In this document: in pieces, positions 36,062 through 45,651 of the stretch | How positions within the stretch are numbered: position 1 is the first letter of the stretch | Layout of the letters: the number at the start of each line of letters is the position of its first letter | NCBI GenBank assembly: GCA_902609415.1 | Contig: CACLRR010000003.1 | Span: 23,229 to 87,228 of the forward strand | Direction: 5' to 3' | DNA: 64,000 nt | Source of the DNA: an uncultured Chlamydiae bacterium | GTDB lineage: Bacteria > Chlamydiota > Chlamydiia > Chlamydiales > CACLRR01 | Notes under the pieces: model-generated | What the model was told of the DNA's origin: nothing | The model's database searches: none | The model's input: the letters and a program-made list of their open reading frames with translations, nothing else | Made by a program: the position numbers and the translations under genes

Positions 36062-39000
36062 TTATTGACAGCTCTCACACCCTTCTTCCATGGAGCAGCT
36101 TTTGGGAGTTTCTTCTCTATTGATATTAACTCTAGATGAGGCTGAAGCATGCTTCATCCATTTTGGTTGAACACCTCTTTTGTTAATATCAGTAGTAGAT
36201 TTTTCAATCTGTGTAGCGCCCAGTGAGCGGAGATAGTAGGTGGTCTTTAATCCTTTTTTCCACGCATCAGTATACATATGATGCAGTTTCTTTCCACTAG
36301 GTTCCGAAAGATATAGATTAAGAGACTGTGCTTGGTCGATCCATTTTTGTCGTCTACTTCCACACTCGAGAATCCATTCAGGATCGATCTCAAATGCTGT
36401 CACAAAGAGTTTTTTAATCTCCTTAGGAAGGTGGGGAATTTCTTGAATGCTTCCATCGTAATATTTAAGGTCATCTAGTAGGTCTGGGTTCCAAAGGTTA
36501 TTTTCCTTTAGGATTTCAATGAGATAACGGTTAGGAACTGTGAATTCTCCAGATAGGTTAGATTTTACAAAGAGGTTTTTATAGGTAGGTTCAATAGATG
36601 AGGTAACTCCGACAATATTTGCAATAGTTGCTGTAGGTGCAATAGCCATTGTATTAGAATTCCTCATTCCATGTTTCTTTACGGAGGCTCTTACCTTACT
36701 CCAATCCATAGATGTAGACCTGTCCATTGTCAGAGGAATTCCTCTCTCCTTTTCTAGAAGATCAATTGTATCGATGGGTAGAAGACCTCTATCCCATTTC
36801 GATCCTTTATATGTTGAGTATGTTCCCCGTTCTTTAGCAAGTTCAGAAGAGGATAGTATCGTGTAATAGGATATCATCTCTGATATCTGATCAGAGAGCT
36901 CTATAGCATCAAAACTTGCATAGCTTTTTTTCATCATATAGAGAACATCCTGAAAACCCATTTGTCCTATACCAACCGCTCTATGCATTTTATTAGCACG
37001 CTCTGCTTCTGGGATAGGGTAGAAATTAACATCAATCACGTTATCTAACATGCGTATTGCAGTTTTTATTGTTTTACTTAGTTGTTTTTTATTAATTGCT
37101 CCATCTTTGATATGGTTGACAAGATTAATAGATCCAATATTACAAACTGCAGTCTCTTCTTTACTGTTATTAAGTGTGATTTCAGTACATAGATTTGAAC
37201 AATGTACAACACCAACATGATCCTGGGGGGACCTAATATTACAAGGGTCTTTAAAAGTAACCCATGGATGCCCTGTTTCAAAAATCATGCTCAGCATCTT
37301 TCGCCAAAGGTCAAGAGCATTGACAGTTTTGAAGTGAGTTATTTCACCATTTTTAGCCATCTCCTCATACTCTTCATATCTCGTTTGAAATGCTTGGCCA
37401 TAGAGATCGTGGAGATCCTCAGTCTCTGCAGGAGTAAATAGAGTCCATGAGCCCTCTTCTTGTACTCTCTTCATGAAAAGATCCGGAATCCAGTTAGAGG
37501 TATTCATATCATGTGTTCTACGTCTTTCATCACCGGTATTTTTTCTCAGTTCGATGAAATCTTCAATATCAAGGTGCCATGTCTCAAGATAGGCGCACAT
37601 TGCTCCCTTCCTTTTACCACCTTGATTTACTGCAACAGCTGTGTCATTGGCTACTTTGAGAAAAGGAATAACTCCCTGGCTTTTTCCATTTGTGCCTTTT
37701 ATAAGAGAACCTGTAGCTCTTACATTTGTCCAGTCATTTCCAATACCTCCAGCCCATTTTGAGAGCTGAGCATCATCAGAGATCACTTTAAAGATGTTTT
37801 CTAGGTCATCAGAAATAGTGGCAAGATAACAGGAGCTTAGCTGTGAGTGACTTGTTCCACTATTAAAGAGAGTAGGTGTTCCGGGACAGTAGAGAAATTG
37901 CGAGATCAAATCATAGAATTCAATCGCTTTTTGGTTTTTATCTTTTTCTTTAAGGGATAGTCCCATTGCAACTCTCATCCAGAAAATCTGAGGTGTTTCA
38001 ATCCTTTGTTCTTTATAGTGGATAAGGTATCTGTCATAGACAGTTTGTAATCCTAGATATTGGAACTGAAGATCTCTTTCAAGTTTAAGATGGGATCCTA
38101 ATAGATCTAGGTCAAAGTCTAGAAGCTCAGGAGATAATCTCTCTTGAGATATTCCCATCTTGATATATTTTTTGAAGTAGTTAATATGGGTTTTTTGGAG
38201 TTTGTTATCCATTGCAGATATTTCCATTGTTTCTCTATAGATCTTATCGAGAAGCAGTCGTGAGGTTATAAAACTATAACATGGATCATTTTCTACCTTA
38301 GATCTTGCTGCCATAATCATAGCTGTATCAATTTCTTCTTCCTTCATCCCTTCATAGAAATTCATTAGGGTGGCTTTTATAAGAGCATCAGTATCGATAA
38401 TAGATGTGAAATCTTTTGAAGCATATTCGATTTTTTGTCTTATTTCATCTTCGTGAATTTTACGTTTTTTTTTGTTTTTTGTTTTTACAGTAAAGGATTT
38501 TTGATTGGTTCGTCTTTCTTCTTTTTCTTGTCGATCTTTGCCATCACCTTCGATGCTTATTCGTTTTACTATAAAGCTTTTGGCTTCCTTATAGAAACCT
38601 GCTTCCATGAGAAACTGTTCGATAAAGTCTTGAATAATAAAAAGATCAATAGGTTTATTCTCTTTAGTGATTAATTTGACTTGGTTGTGTACCTTCTTTG
38701 TAATGGAGTTAATAGCTTTTATAATGTGTTCATCTGAGGAGTAGGAGAAACATTTTTCAAGAGACTTAGTGATTTTCATTGGGTTAAAGCGTACTCTAGT
38801 AGAAAGATCCTTACGATAGATGTAGATAGGCTCAATGGTCAGTTTTCTTTTCTGATTTTGAGAATCTCTATAGATAATGTAGTCTCTGGCAACCTTATGG
38901 AAGTTGTTTTTCATGAGGGTGACTTCCACTAGGTCTTGAATCCCTTCTACTGAGAGGCTAACGCCTTTATTACCAAGAGTAATACACTCTTTAATGACAA

Positions 39001-39265
39001 TAAGCGAGATGCGCTGGATTGTTTTATGTAGGCTTTTTGTTAACTTACTAGGTTGAGGAAGGCTATTTGTATCTCTAAAGGCAGCTTCAATGGCACATGC
39101 AATTCGTTCTGGATCAAAGGGTGCAATTGAACCAATTCTTTTTACAACAAGAATCTTTTTAGTACTTAGCTGAGCACTATCTATTTCTTCCTTTATTTCC
39201 TTAGAAACAGATGAGACGAGTGATTTGTGGGAATTGATTTCTTGTTTTGTTGTTTGTGTGCTCAT
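36062..39265 (-). CDS. nrdA: ribonucleotide reductase large subunit with N-terminal triple ATP-cone region
   Basis: Catalytic core motifs (LSSCYL, CSNLCTEI, C-terminal ...CESCQ) plus three ATP-cone-like repeats in the first ~350 aa. I chose the start at ATG 39265 (MSTQTTKQ) with AGGAG 6 nt upstream. The GTG at 39295 used by the track ORF falls inside an NrdR box. Confidence 0.95.
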   Translation of the reverse strand: MSTQTTKQEINSHKSLVSSVSKEIKEEIDSAQLSTKKILVVKRIGSIAPFDPERIACAIEAAFRDTNSLPQPSKLTKSLHKTIQRISLIVIKECITLGNKGVSLSVEGIQDLVEVTLMKNNFHKVARDYIIYRDSQNQKRKLTIEPIYIYRKDLSTRVRFNPMKITKSLEKCFSYSSDEHIIKAINSITKKVHNQVKLITKENKPIDLFIIQDFIEQFLMEAGFYKEAKSFIVKRISIEGDGKDRQEKEERRTNQKSFTVKTKNKKKRKIHEDEIRQKIEYASKDFTSIIDTDALIKATLMNFYEGMKEEEIDTAMIMAARSKVENDPCYSFITSRLLLDKIYRETMEISAMDNKLQKTHINYFKKYIKMGISQERLSPELLDFDLDLLGSHLKLERDLQFQYLGLQTVYDRYLIHYKEQRIETPQIFWMRVAMGLSLKEKDKNQKAIEFYDLISQFLYCPGTPTLFNSGTSHSQLSSCYLATISDDLENIFKVISDDAQLSKWAGGIGNDWTNVRATGSLIKGTNGKSQGVIPFLKVANDTAVAVNQGGKRKGAMCAYLETWHLDIEDFIELRKNTGDERRRTHDMNTSNWIPDLFMKRVQEEGSWTLFTPAETEDLHDLYGQAFQTRYEEYEEMAKNGEITHFKTVNALDLWRKMLSMIFETGHPWVTFKDPCNIRSPQDHVGVVHCSNLCTEITLNNSKEETAVCNIGSINLVNHIKDGAINKKQLSKTIKTAIRMLDNVIDVNFYPIPEAERANKMHRAVGIGQMGFQDVLYMMKKSYASFDAIELSDQISEMISYYTILSSSELAKERGTYSTYKGSKWDRGLLPIDTIDLLEKERGIPLTMDRSTSMDWSKVRASVKKHGMRNSNTMAIAPTATIANIVGVTSSIEPTYKNLFVKSNLSGEFTVPNRYLIEILKENNLWNPDLLDDLKYYDGSIQEIPHLPKEIKKLFVTAFEIDPEWILECGSRRQKWIDQAQSLNLYLSEPSGKKLHHMYTDAWKKGLKTTYYLRSLGATQIEKSTTDINKRGVQPKWMKHASASSRVNINREETPKSCSMEEGCESCQ

Positions 39266-39291
39266 TGTAAACTCCTGTGACTTTTTATAAA

Positions 39292-39307
39292 ACACAATAT
39301 GTAGTGT
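39292..39307. promoter_or_regulatory. NrdR box 1 (proximal)
   Basis: ACACAATATGTAGTGT matches the 16-bp NrdR palindrome consensus acaCwAtATaTwgtgt with one mismatch. It lies just downstream of the predicted nrdA -10. Confidence 0.65.
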
Positions 39308-39316
39308 TATTTTTTT

Positions 39317-39345
39317 ATATTAGACACAATATATTGTATTTGCAA
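39317..39345 (-). promoter_or_regulatory. candidate nrdAB promoter
   Basis: Reverse strand: TTGCAA (39345-39340), 17-nt spacer, TAATAT (39322-39317). Confidence 0.45.
39324..39339. promoter_or_regulatory. NrdR box 2 (distal)
   Basis: ACACAATATATTGTAT has one mismatch to the consensus. Its centre is 32 bp from box 1 (about three helical turns). It fills the spacer between the predicted -35 and -10 of nrdA. Confidence 0.65.
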
Positions 39346-39369
39346 GTAAAAAATGTAGCTTCTTTTTCC

Positions 39370-39397
39370 TTGACAGAATGAACACCTTTTCTATTAA
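39370..39397 (+). promoter_or_regulatory. candidate pssA-rmuC promoter (divergent from nrdA)
   Basis: Consensus TTGACA (39370-39375), 16-nt spacer, TATTAA (39392-39397). This favours the ATG at 39423 as the pssA start. Confidence 0.5.
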
Positions 39398-39422
39398 TCG
39401 GAAATGATTGTATGATAGGGAT

Positions 39423-40214
39423 ATGAAGAAGAAGCGGATTGGAATACTTCCAAATATGATCACAGCTTTTGGTCTTTCTTGTGGACTTTTTGTTGTGTTC
39501 AAAGTGAATACAACAGGATTTACAACCTTTGAAATGCTCAGAAGTATGACATTAATTCTTATACTTGCTGGAGTTGCTGATCTATTAGATGGAGCAATTG
39601 CAAGAGCAATTAAGGCAGAGAGCCTTTTTGGGGTGATGTTTGATTCACTTTCAGATTCAATATCATTTGGAGTAGCTCCTGCAGTATTGGTATTAAATGC
39701 ACTTTCCTTGGAGCAAGGAACGTTTTTTTCCTTTTTTGCAATAGCGAGTTGTATGGTGTACACGCTTTGTGGAGTATTTCGGTTAGTTCGTTATAACGTT
39801 AAGGCTTTATCTCCTGTAGAAGGTGGAGAAAAACCACCTTCAGATTTCATAGGACTCCCAATACCTTCTGCAGCTGCAGCAATTGTGTCCACGGCACTAC
39901 TTATTTATAGCCCTAAGTTTATGATTTATAGTACTCTTGGAAATTCAATAGACCTAATTATTCTTTGTTGCACAATGCTTTTTGTAGGTTATATGATGGT
40001 CAGTAAATGGCGTTTTGTGAGTGTAAAGAATTTACATTTAAGTTCGGCGTCTTTTTCTTTGGTATTTTTTTCCGTGATGCTTGCTATATTTATTCTTTAT
40101 GGCCTGCTTTACTATATTTCTATTCTTTTATTTGTGCTTTCTTGGGGTTATATCTTTCTCAGCTTTATTGCTAATATGCGCCCATCTGTTAGGAAAAAAA
40201 GGAATAAACAATGA
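39423..40214 (+). CDS. pssA: CDP-diacylglycerol--serine O-phosphatidyltransferase (CDP-alcohol phosphotransferase family)
   Basis: Motif DGAIARAIKAESLFGVMFDSLSD fits DGx2ARx8Gx3Dx3D. Polytopic membrane protein. Confidence 0.85.
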   Translation: MKKKRIGILPNMITAFGLSCGLFVVFKVNTTGFTTFEMLRSMTLILILAGVADLLDGAIARAIKAESLFGVMFDSLSDSISFGVAPAVLVLNALSLEQGTFFSFFAIASCMVYTLCGVFRLVRYNVKALSPVEGGEKPPSDFIGLPIPSAAAAIVSTALLIYSPKFMIYSTLGNSIDLIILCCTMLFVGYMMVSKWRFVSVKNLHLSSASFSLVFFSVMLAIFILYGLLYYISILLFVLSWGYIFLSFIANMRPSVRKKRNKQ

Positions 40215-41494
40215 TTCTTTGGATACCTATAGTTCTATTAGTTGTAAGTAGCCTCTATTATTGGAAGAAGTCGCTGACACTCTTTTTCAATTATAAGCAG
40301 AGTGAGAAGGAAAGAATAAAGCTTGAGGGCTCCATAAGTGAGTTTAAAAGGTCTTTAGATCTCATAGAGGGGGAGCATCAGAAGCTGATTATTGAATTTG
40401 AAAAACTGCAGGTAGAGTCTAAAGAGCATCAAAAGCAGTTCTTGGAGAAAACTAAGTTTCTAAATGAGGTTAAAAAGGAATTTGCTGATGCCTTTAAATC
40501 ACATTCCCTAGAGGCTTTGGAGAAATTTTCAAACAGGTCTGACACTGAATTTGGAAAGAGAGAAAAACTAATGGCAAAGCTTCTTACACCTCTTAAAGAG
40601 GGTCTTGCGAAACTTGATGAGGGCATGGATAAGATTGAAAAGGAGCGAAAAGGAGAGTCTTCTGCTTTGAGAGAGCAAATTAGATTGATGGGAGAAGCTG
40701 GAGAGTCATTAAAGAAGGAAACAAAACAACTGGTGAGTGCTTTTCGCAAGCCTGAAGTGAGGGGAATGTGGGGAGAGATGCAGCTTAGAAGGGTAATAGA
40801 GCTTTCGGGAATGGTAAAGCATTGTGATTTTTCAGAGCAGACAAACATGACAATCGAGGAAAAGCAGTTAAGGCCCGATGCAATCATACATCTTCCTGGT
40901 GGAAGACAGATTGTAGTTGATGCAAAAGCACCTTTTGATGCTTTTTTAGAAGCTAATGCTACGGATGATGAGTTAGTGCGTAAGGAGCGTCTTCTAAGCC
41001 ATACAAGAAGACTTAAACAACATATTATACAGCTTTCTAAGAAGAGTTATTGGGAGCACATACAATCTTCACCGGAGTTTGTTATTCTTTTTCTTCCGGG
41101 AGAGATCTTCTTTAGTAGTGCTCTAGAGTATGATCCTGCTCTGATTGAGCTTGGTGCGAATGCTGGAGTAATTGTGGCAACACCTACAACACTAATAGGG
41201 CTCCTTAAAGCGATTGCTTATGGGTGGAAGCAAGATGCTCTTTCTAAAAATGCAGAAGAGATTAGGGATTTGGGCCATGAGCTATATAAACGGATTTATG
41301 ATATGAATGCCCATTTTACTCGCCTGGGTAAATCCCTGACGGGTTCAATTGAAAACTATAATAAGGCGATGGGTTCTTTTGAAAGAAGGGTGCTTGTCTC
41401 TGCTAGGAAGTTTAAGGAGTTAGGCTCTGCGAGTGATAAAATGGAATTGGTTCCAGGAGAGCTTATAGAGAAAATACCTGTAATAAAGGAGTAG
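40211..41494 (+). CDS. rmuC: DNA recombination protein RmuC
   Basis: N-terminal TM segment, long coiled-coil, then the RmuC nuclease-like core (RPDAIIHLPGGRQIVVDAKAP). ATGA overlap with pssA. Confidence 0.85.
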   Translation: MILWIPIVLLVVSSLYYWKKSLTLFFNYKQSEKERIKLEGSISEFKRSLDLIEGEHQKLIIEFEKLQVESKEHQKQFLEKTKFLNEVKKEFADAFKSHSLEALEKFSNRSDTEFGKREKLMAKLLTPLKEGLAKLDEGMDKIEKERKGESSALREQIRLMGEAGESLKKETKQLVSAFRKPEVRGMWGEMQLRRVIELSGMVKHCDFSEQTNMTIEEKQLRPDAIIHLPGGRQIVVDAKAPFDAFLEANATDDELVRKERLLSHTRRLKQHIIQLSKKSYWEHIQSSPEFVILFLPGEIFFSSALEYDPALIELGANAGVIVATPTTLIGLLKAIAYGWKQDALSKNAEEIRDLGHELYKRIYDMNAHFTRLGKSLTGSIENYNKAMGSFERRVLVSARKFKELGSASDKMELVPGELIEKIPVIKE

Positions 41495-41661
41495 CTACTG
41501 TATTGTCATTTCATTGAGAGCTATCGAAAGGTATTGGTTGATGAAGAATGAGAAATCTTTGTTGAGTAGATTTATTTAATATAATAATTATTTTAATTAG
41601 TAGATTTGAATATAGTCCTGTTAGAATTAGTAGTGAAAAATGGTCTAATTTTAAACTTTTA

Positions 41662-41928
41662 TTGAAGGAAGTTCGTAATTTAGCTAAAGGTAACTGTTTC
41701 CGTTTGAGACCGGTTATCGAAGCTATTCGTGCCTCAGACGGTCGTGATTCAATAGGTTTAGATGAGTTGTTACAAGTTTGGGCTCGATATTGCATCGTAA
41801 AAGGGGACTTGGCTAGGGCTATGGCTCTTGTCCAGGCAATAGAAGATCCTGAAGTTCGGGAATCTGCATGCGATGAATGTGAATGGCCAGTTTCTTATGA
41901 TGACCGTCTTGCGGCCAGTGTATTATAA
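41662..41928 (+). CDS. doubtful small ORF or gene remnant (88 aa, TTG start, no ATG)
   Basis: By my hand count the ORF is about 47% G+C over ~230 nt, inside an otherwise very AT-rich 630-bp gap. The frame is open from 41566 but has no ATG or SD. The helical-looking sequence (...DLARAMALVQAIEDPEVRESA...) is faintly HEAT-repeat-like. Confidence 0.25.
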   Translation: MKEVRNLAKGNCFRLRPVIEAIRASDGRDSIGLDELLQVWARYCIVKGDLARAMALVQAIEDPEVRESACDECEWPVSYDDRLAASVL

Positions 41929-42130
41929 TGAGTATCTTGAGCTCCTTAGAAACAGATGACAAGCGTGATTTCTAGGAATTGATCTTTGTTCCATTGATTG
42001 CTTCTTTTGTCGTTACTGGGCTCATTGCAACATTCTGTGGAAATCTTCAGAAAAAATAAAACGATATGGTTAAAAGAGTTGTTTGTGGGCGTGAATGTTT
42101 ACTAGAAGTTCTAACTTACATAATATGAAG

Positions 42131-43894
42131 TCAGGCATTTGTATTTTTAGGGATGGAGAAGGCTAATAGTTCTTTTAGTTTTAAGAAGTCTTTGATGTCA
42201 TTTTCTATAAGAGTAAAGGCTTTTTCCCAGAAGTGGGGTTCTGCTAGGTTGAAGTTTAGATGTTTTTTACATAGTTCTTCTGTAGACATCTTCCCGGTAT
42301 CGCTAAGAAGAGCATTGTATTTTTCCTGAAAGTTGCTATTTCCTCCTATTGAAGAGAAGATGCCTAAGGAAAAGAGATAGCCAAATGCATAGGGCCAATT
42401 ATAGAAAGCAACATCGGTAAAGTAAAAGTGCATCTTGTAGCACCAGAAGTTGGGGAAGGTGGTGTTTATTGCATTTGCATATGCATTAAGAGCAGATTTG
42501 TCCATGAGTTGATTTAATTTTTCAGCAAATAGAAAGCCCTCTTTTCGTTGGGTGTGTATTTTTTGATCAAAGTCAAAACGCATCGGTATATTCATAGCAA
42601 AGGCAATGGCTCGAGATATTTTATCTTCAAGAAGTAAGAGTTTTTTACTGGGGTCAGTTTCATTTTTGATCATATAGTCGATTACAATTGCCTCACACAT
42701 TGTTGAAGCAGTCTCTGCTACATTCATACTAAAATGTTGATTGTGTTCTTTTTCACTGAAGATAATTTCATTATGGTATGCATGGCCTAGCTCATGGGCA
42801 AGAGTAGACAGGCTTGTTAGATCGCCGCCCCATGTAAGTAGTATTCGACTTTCTTTGATCTCTGGACAATCGATACAAAAACCACCTGCTCTTTTTTTTG
42901 AGCTTTTTGCGCTATGGGTAAATTGTTGTTTTAACGCTTTTTGTGCAAAATTATGGAGGTCTTCTGAAACTTCCTTAAACGAGTTAAAAATGATTTTATA
43001 TCCCTCTTCTATAGAGATATTATTGTATTGTGAGGGTTTAATAGGTGCCTCTATATCATACCAATCAAGTTTTTCTTTTCCTATAAGCTCTGCTTTTATT
43101 TTTAGGAACGTTGCAAGTATCGGTTTATTTTTATCAATCACAGAGCAAAGACTGTCAAGAGTTTTTGCAGATGTACGATTGTAGGTGAGTGTCTCTTCTA
43201 AAAGGGGCCAGTTTCTTTGTTGATAGACTTTATTTCTAAAATCGATAATGGAATTAAGGATAAGAGCAAAAGTCTCTTCTTCTTCTTTTAGATGGCTTTG
43301 TAATACAGAAAAAGCCTCTTGTCTTTGCTTTGGATCTACATCGTTAAGATATTGTTCTAGCTGGCTAATTGAAAGATTTTTCCCTTGATAGGGGAACTTT
43401 ATTTTTCCAATTGTATGGTAATAGAGCGTGGTCATATTTTCATGAGAGGCCTTGGTTAGAACGGTAATAAGATCTTCTTTTTCTGGGGGTAGAAGACGTT
43501 TAAATTGCTTTCTTTTTTCATTAAGAATAAAATTAAGATCACTTTTTTTACTGAGAAGAGTTTGAAATTCCTTGTCACTTAGAGCTGAAAGATCAATTGA
43601 AACAGAGCGATTAAGCTTATCTAGAAAGACCTCTAGGTCACTTAGGTGGGATTCGAGCTGGAGAGCTTTCGTATCATTAGAGTCTTCGGATACCATACAG
43701 GTGACAAGGGAACCTAATTCTCTAGCTTTATTAGATATTTCAGCTTGGGCATCTAGTTTATTGCTGATTGATCTAAGATTGATAGCCTTTTGTATAGATT
43801 GCTCTAGTGAAGTAAAGAGCGATTTAATGGTATTAAAATCATTATTTGCATTGCTGCAGAGGTTGGTAAGTTTCCATGTCTCATCAATTGTCAT
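42131..43894 (-). CDS. pepF: oligoendopeptidase F (M3B family)
   Basis: 587 aa with the zinc motif in context TLAHELGHAYHNE. Overall length and layout fit M3B PepF. Confidence 0.85.
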   Translation of the reverse strand: MTIDETWKLTNLCSNANNDFNTIKSLFTSLEQSIQKAINLRSISNKLDAQAEISNKARELGSLVTCMVSEDSNDTKALQLESHLSDLEVFLDKLNRSVSIDLSALSDKEFQTLLSKKSDLNFILNEKRKQFKRLLPPEKEDLITVLTKASHENMTTLYYHTIGKIKFPYQGKNLSISQLEQYLNDVDPKQRQEAFSVLQSHLKEEEETFALILNSIIDFRNKVYQQRNWPLLEETLTYNRTSAKTLDSLCSVIDKNKPILATFLKIKAELIGKEKLDWYDIEAPIKPSQYNNISIEEGYKIIFNSFKEVSEDLHNFAQKALKQQFTHSAKSSKKRAGGFCIDCPEIKESRILLTWGGDLTSLSTLAHELGHAYHNEIIFSEKEHNQHFSMNVAETASTMCEAIVIDYMIKNETDPSKKLLLLEDKISRAIAFAMNIPMRFDFDQKIHTQRKEGFLFAEKLNQLMDKSALNAYANAINTTFPNFWCYKMHFYFTDVAFYNWPYAFGYLFSLGIFSSIGGNSNFQEKYNALLSDTGKMSTEELCKKHLNFNLAEPHFWEKAFTLIENDIKDFLKLKELLAFSIPKNTNA

Positions 43895-43938
43895 AACTGT
43901 TACTGTATCAGAATATCATTTTTCTATATACTGCTAAT

Positions 43939-45651
43939 ATGTCTAACAGAATTAAAGTATTAGATGATCTAACGATCGATAAGATCGCTGCAGGAGAGGT
44001 AGTTGAAGATCCTGCATCTGTAGTCAAGGAGCTTGTAGAAAATGCTCTTGATGCAGGTGCAAAGAGGATTGGAATAGAGATTATTTCTGGTGGAATTGAT
44101 CGTATTGTGATTACAGATGATGGCCATGGAATGCAACGAGATGATGCACTGCTTTCATTTGAGAGGCATGCTACATCAAAGATTCGAGGATTTCAGGATC
44201 TTTCAGGCGTTATGTCTATGGGATTTCGCGGCGAGGCTTTAGCTTCCATTTCTTCTGTTGCTAAAGTAGAGATGAAGACTAGAGTTAAGGGTGATGAGCT
44301 CGGTATTACTATTAAAAATCATGGTGGTAAGATTATTTCTATAGAGCCATCGCAAAGAAATATTGGAACGACCATAGAGGTAAGAGATCTTTTCTATAAT
44401 GTGCCTGCAAGGCGTAAGTTTCAAAAGTCTGTAGCTTCGATGTCCTCAAAGGTGATGAAGGTTATCTCCAAGATGATCTTGGCACATCCACAGATAGAAT
44501 TTAAGCTTTACCGAGGCGGTGAGCAGTATATCGCAAGTGCACCAAGCATGCATTTGGATGTTACAAAAGCCCTAGAAGAGCAGGTTAGAAGAGTGTTAGG
44601 TGAAGAGACGTTATCATCGATGCGCTATGTTGAATGTGAGGATAAAGGGATTTCTTTTTATGGGTTCTTAGGTATTCCCAGAGCTGCAAGAAAAAATCGG
44701 GGTGGCCAGCATCTTTTCTTAAATAAAAGATCTATCTATTCACCTATGCTGTCTCAAAGTCTTAAATCTGCCTATGCCACAACTATAGGGACGCATGAAT
44801 ATCCTGTTGCTGTGGTCCATTTGGAGATAGATGGTGAAAGAGTAGATGTTAATGTTCACCCTCAGAAGCACGAAGTACGTTTTTCACAATTTGCACATAT
44901 TGACCACCTCATATTAAAGGCTTATAATTCTTGTATGGGAAAGAGAATAACACCTCAAATTGAAGTGAATGATAGGAAGACGTTTACATTTAATGAGATC
45001 CCTAATAAGCCAGGTTTTCAGTCTATAGATACGATAGATACAGATCTATTTAGTTCTTCTGAACCTACGTCTAAAGAGAGAGCATTTGATTTTGATGATG
45101 GGCTTACTTATTTAGGGATCCATCATCATTTTTTATTTGCTACAGTTCTTCCACACGCAACGATGTATATAGAGGGTAAGGATTTACTTGTGGTTGACTT
45201 AAGAGCACTCGAAGAAGTGTTATTTACTGAAAGGACATCAAGGAATTATAGCAGTACAGAGTATTTGCCACTTCAAGCTTTATTATTCCCAGAAACACTA
45301 GAGTATTCAGAAGAAGATTTTGATGTTATTAATCAGAATTTAGACAAGCTAAGAAGACTAGGGATAGGTATAAAACCCTTTGGTCAAAGCTCTTATTTAC
45401 TAGAGCAGTTGCATAGGGAGATAGACCCTAATAAGGTTAAGAATCTTATATTAGATTTGATTGATGCTGAAGGTGATAATCTTAATAGAGTAGTTCATAA
45501 GATACGGTTTCAAAGGAAGAATTTTGCCTTAAATGAGGTTAAGGCATCATTAAAGCTATTTATGGAAGGTAGTTATCAAGATTTTTCAAAGCTAGGAAAA
45601 AAAGTGATCACGTTTTGTTCATTATCTCAATTAGACAGCCTAATGAAATAA
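43939..45651 (+). CDS. mutL: DNA mismatch repair protein MutL
   Basis: GHKL ATPase N-terminus IDKIAAGEVVEDPASVVKELVENALDAGA, DDGHGM and GFRGEAL motifs. Confidence 0.95.
   Translation: MSNRIKVLDDLTIDKIAAGEVVEDPASVVKELVENALDAGAKRIGIEIISGGIDRIVITDDGHGMQRDDALLSFERHATSKIRGFQDLSGVMSMGFRGEALASISSVAKVEMKTRVKGDELGITIKNHGGKIISIEPSQRNIGTTIEVRDLFYNVPARRKFQKSVASMSSKVMKVISKMILAHPQIEFKLYRGGEQYIASAPSMHLDVTKALEEQVRRVLGEETLSSMRYVECEDKGISFYGFLGIPRAARKNRGGQHLFLNKRSIYSPMLSQSLKSAYATTIGTHEYPVAVVHLEIDGERVDVNVHPQKHEVRFSQFAHIDHLILKAYNSCMGKRITPQIEVNDRKTFTFNEIPNKPGFQSIDTIDTDLFSSSEPTSKERAFDFDDGLTYLGIHHHFLFATVLPHATMYIEGKDLLVVDLRALEEVLFTERTSRNYSSTEYLPLQALLFPETLEYSEEDFDVINQNLDKLRRLGIGIKPFGQSSYLLEQLHREIDPNKVKNLILDLIDAEGDNLNRVVHKIRFQRKNFALNEVKASLKLFMEGSYQDFSKLGKKVITFCSLSQLDSLMK

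Noticed and set aside
39266-39295. GTG-initiated 10-codon extension of nrdA (MFYKKSQEFT)
   Set aside because: The GTG lies inside NrdR box 1 and downstream of the predicted -10. The ATG at 39265 has an AGGAG SD at ideal spacing.
39320-39763. 147-aa reverse-strand ORF
   Set aside because: It is antisense to pssA, which has a clear CDP-alcohol phosphotransferase motif, and it runs through the NrdR boxes. It has low-complexity composition and no start context.
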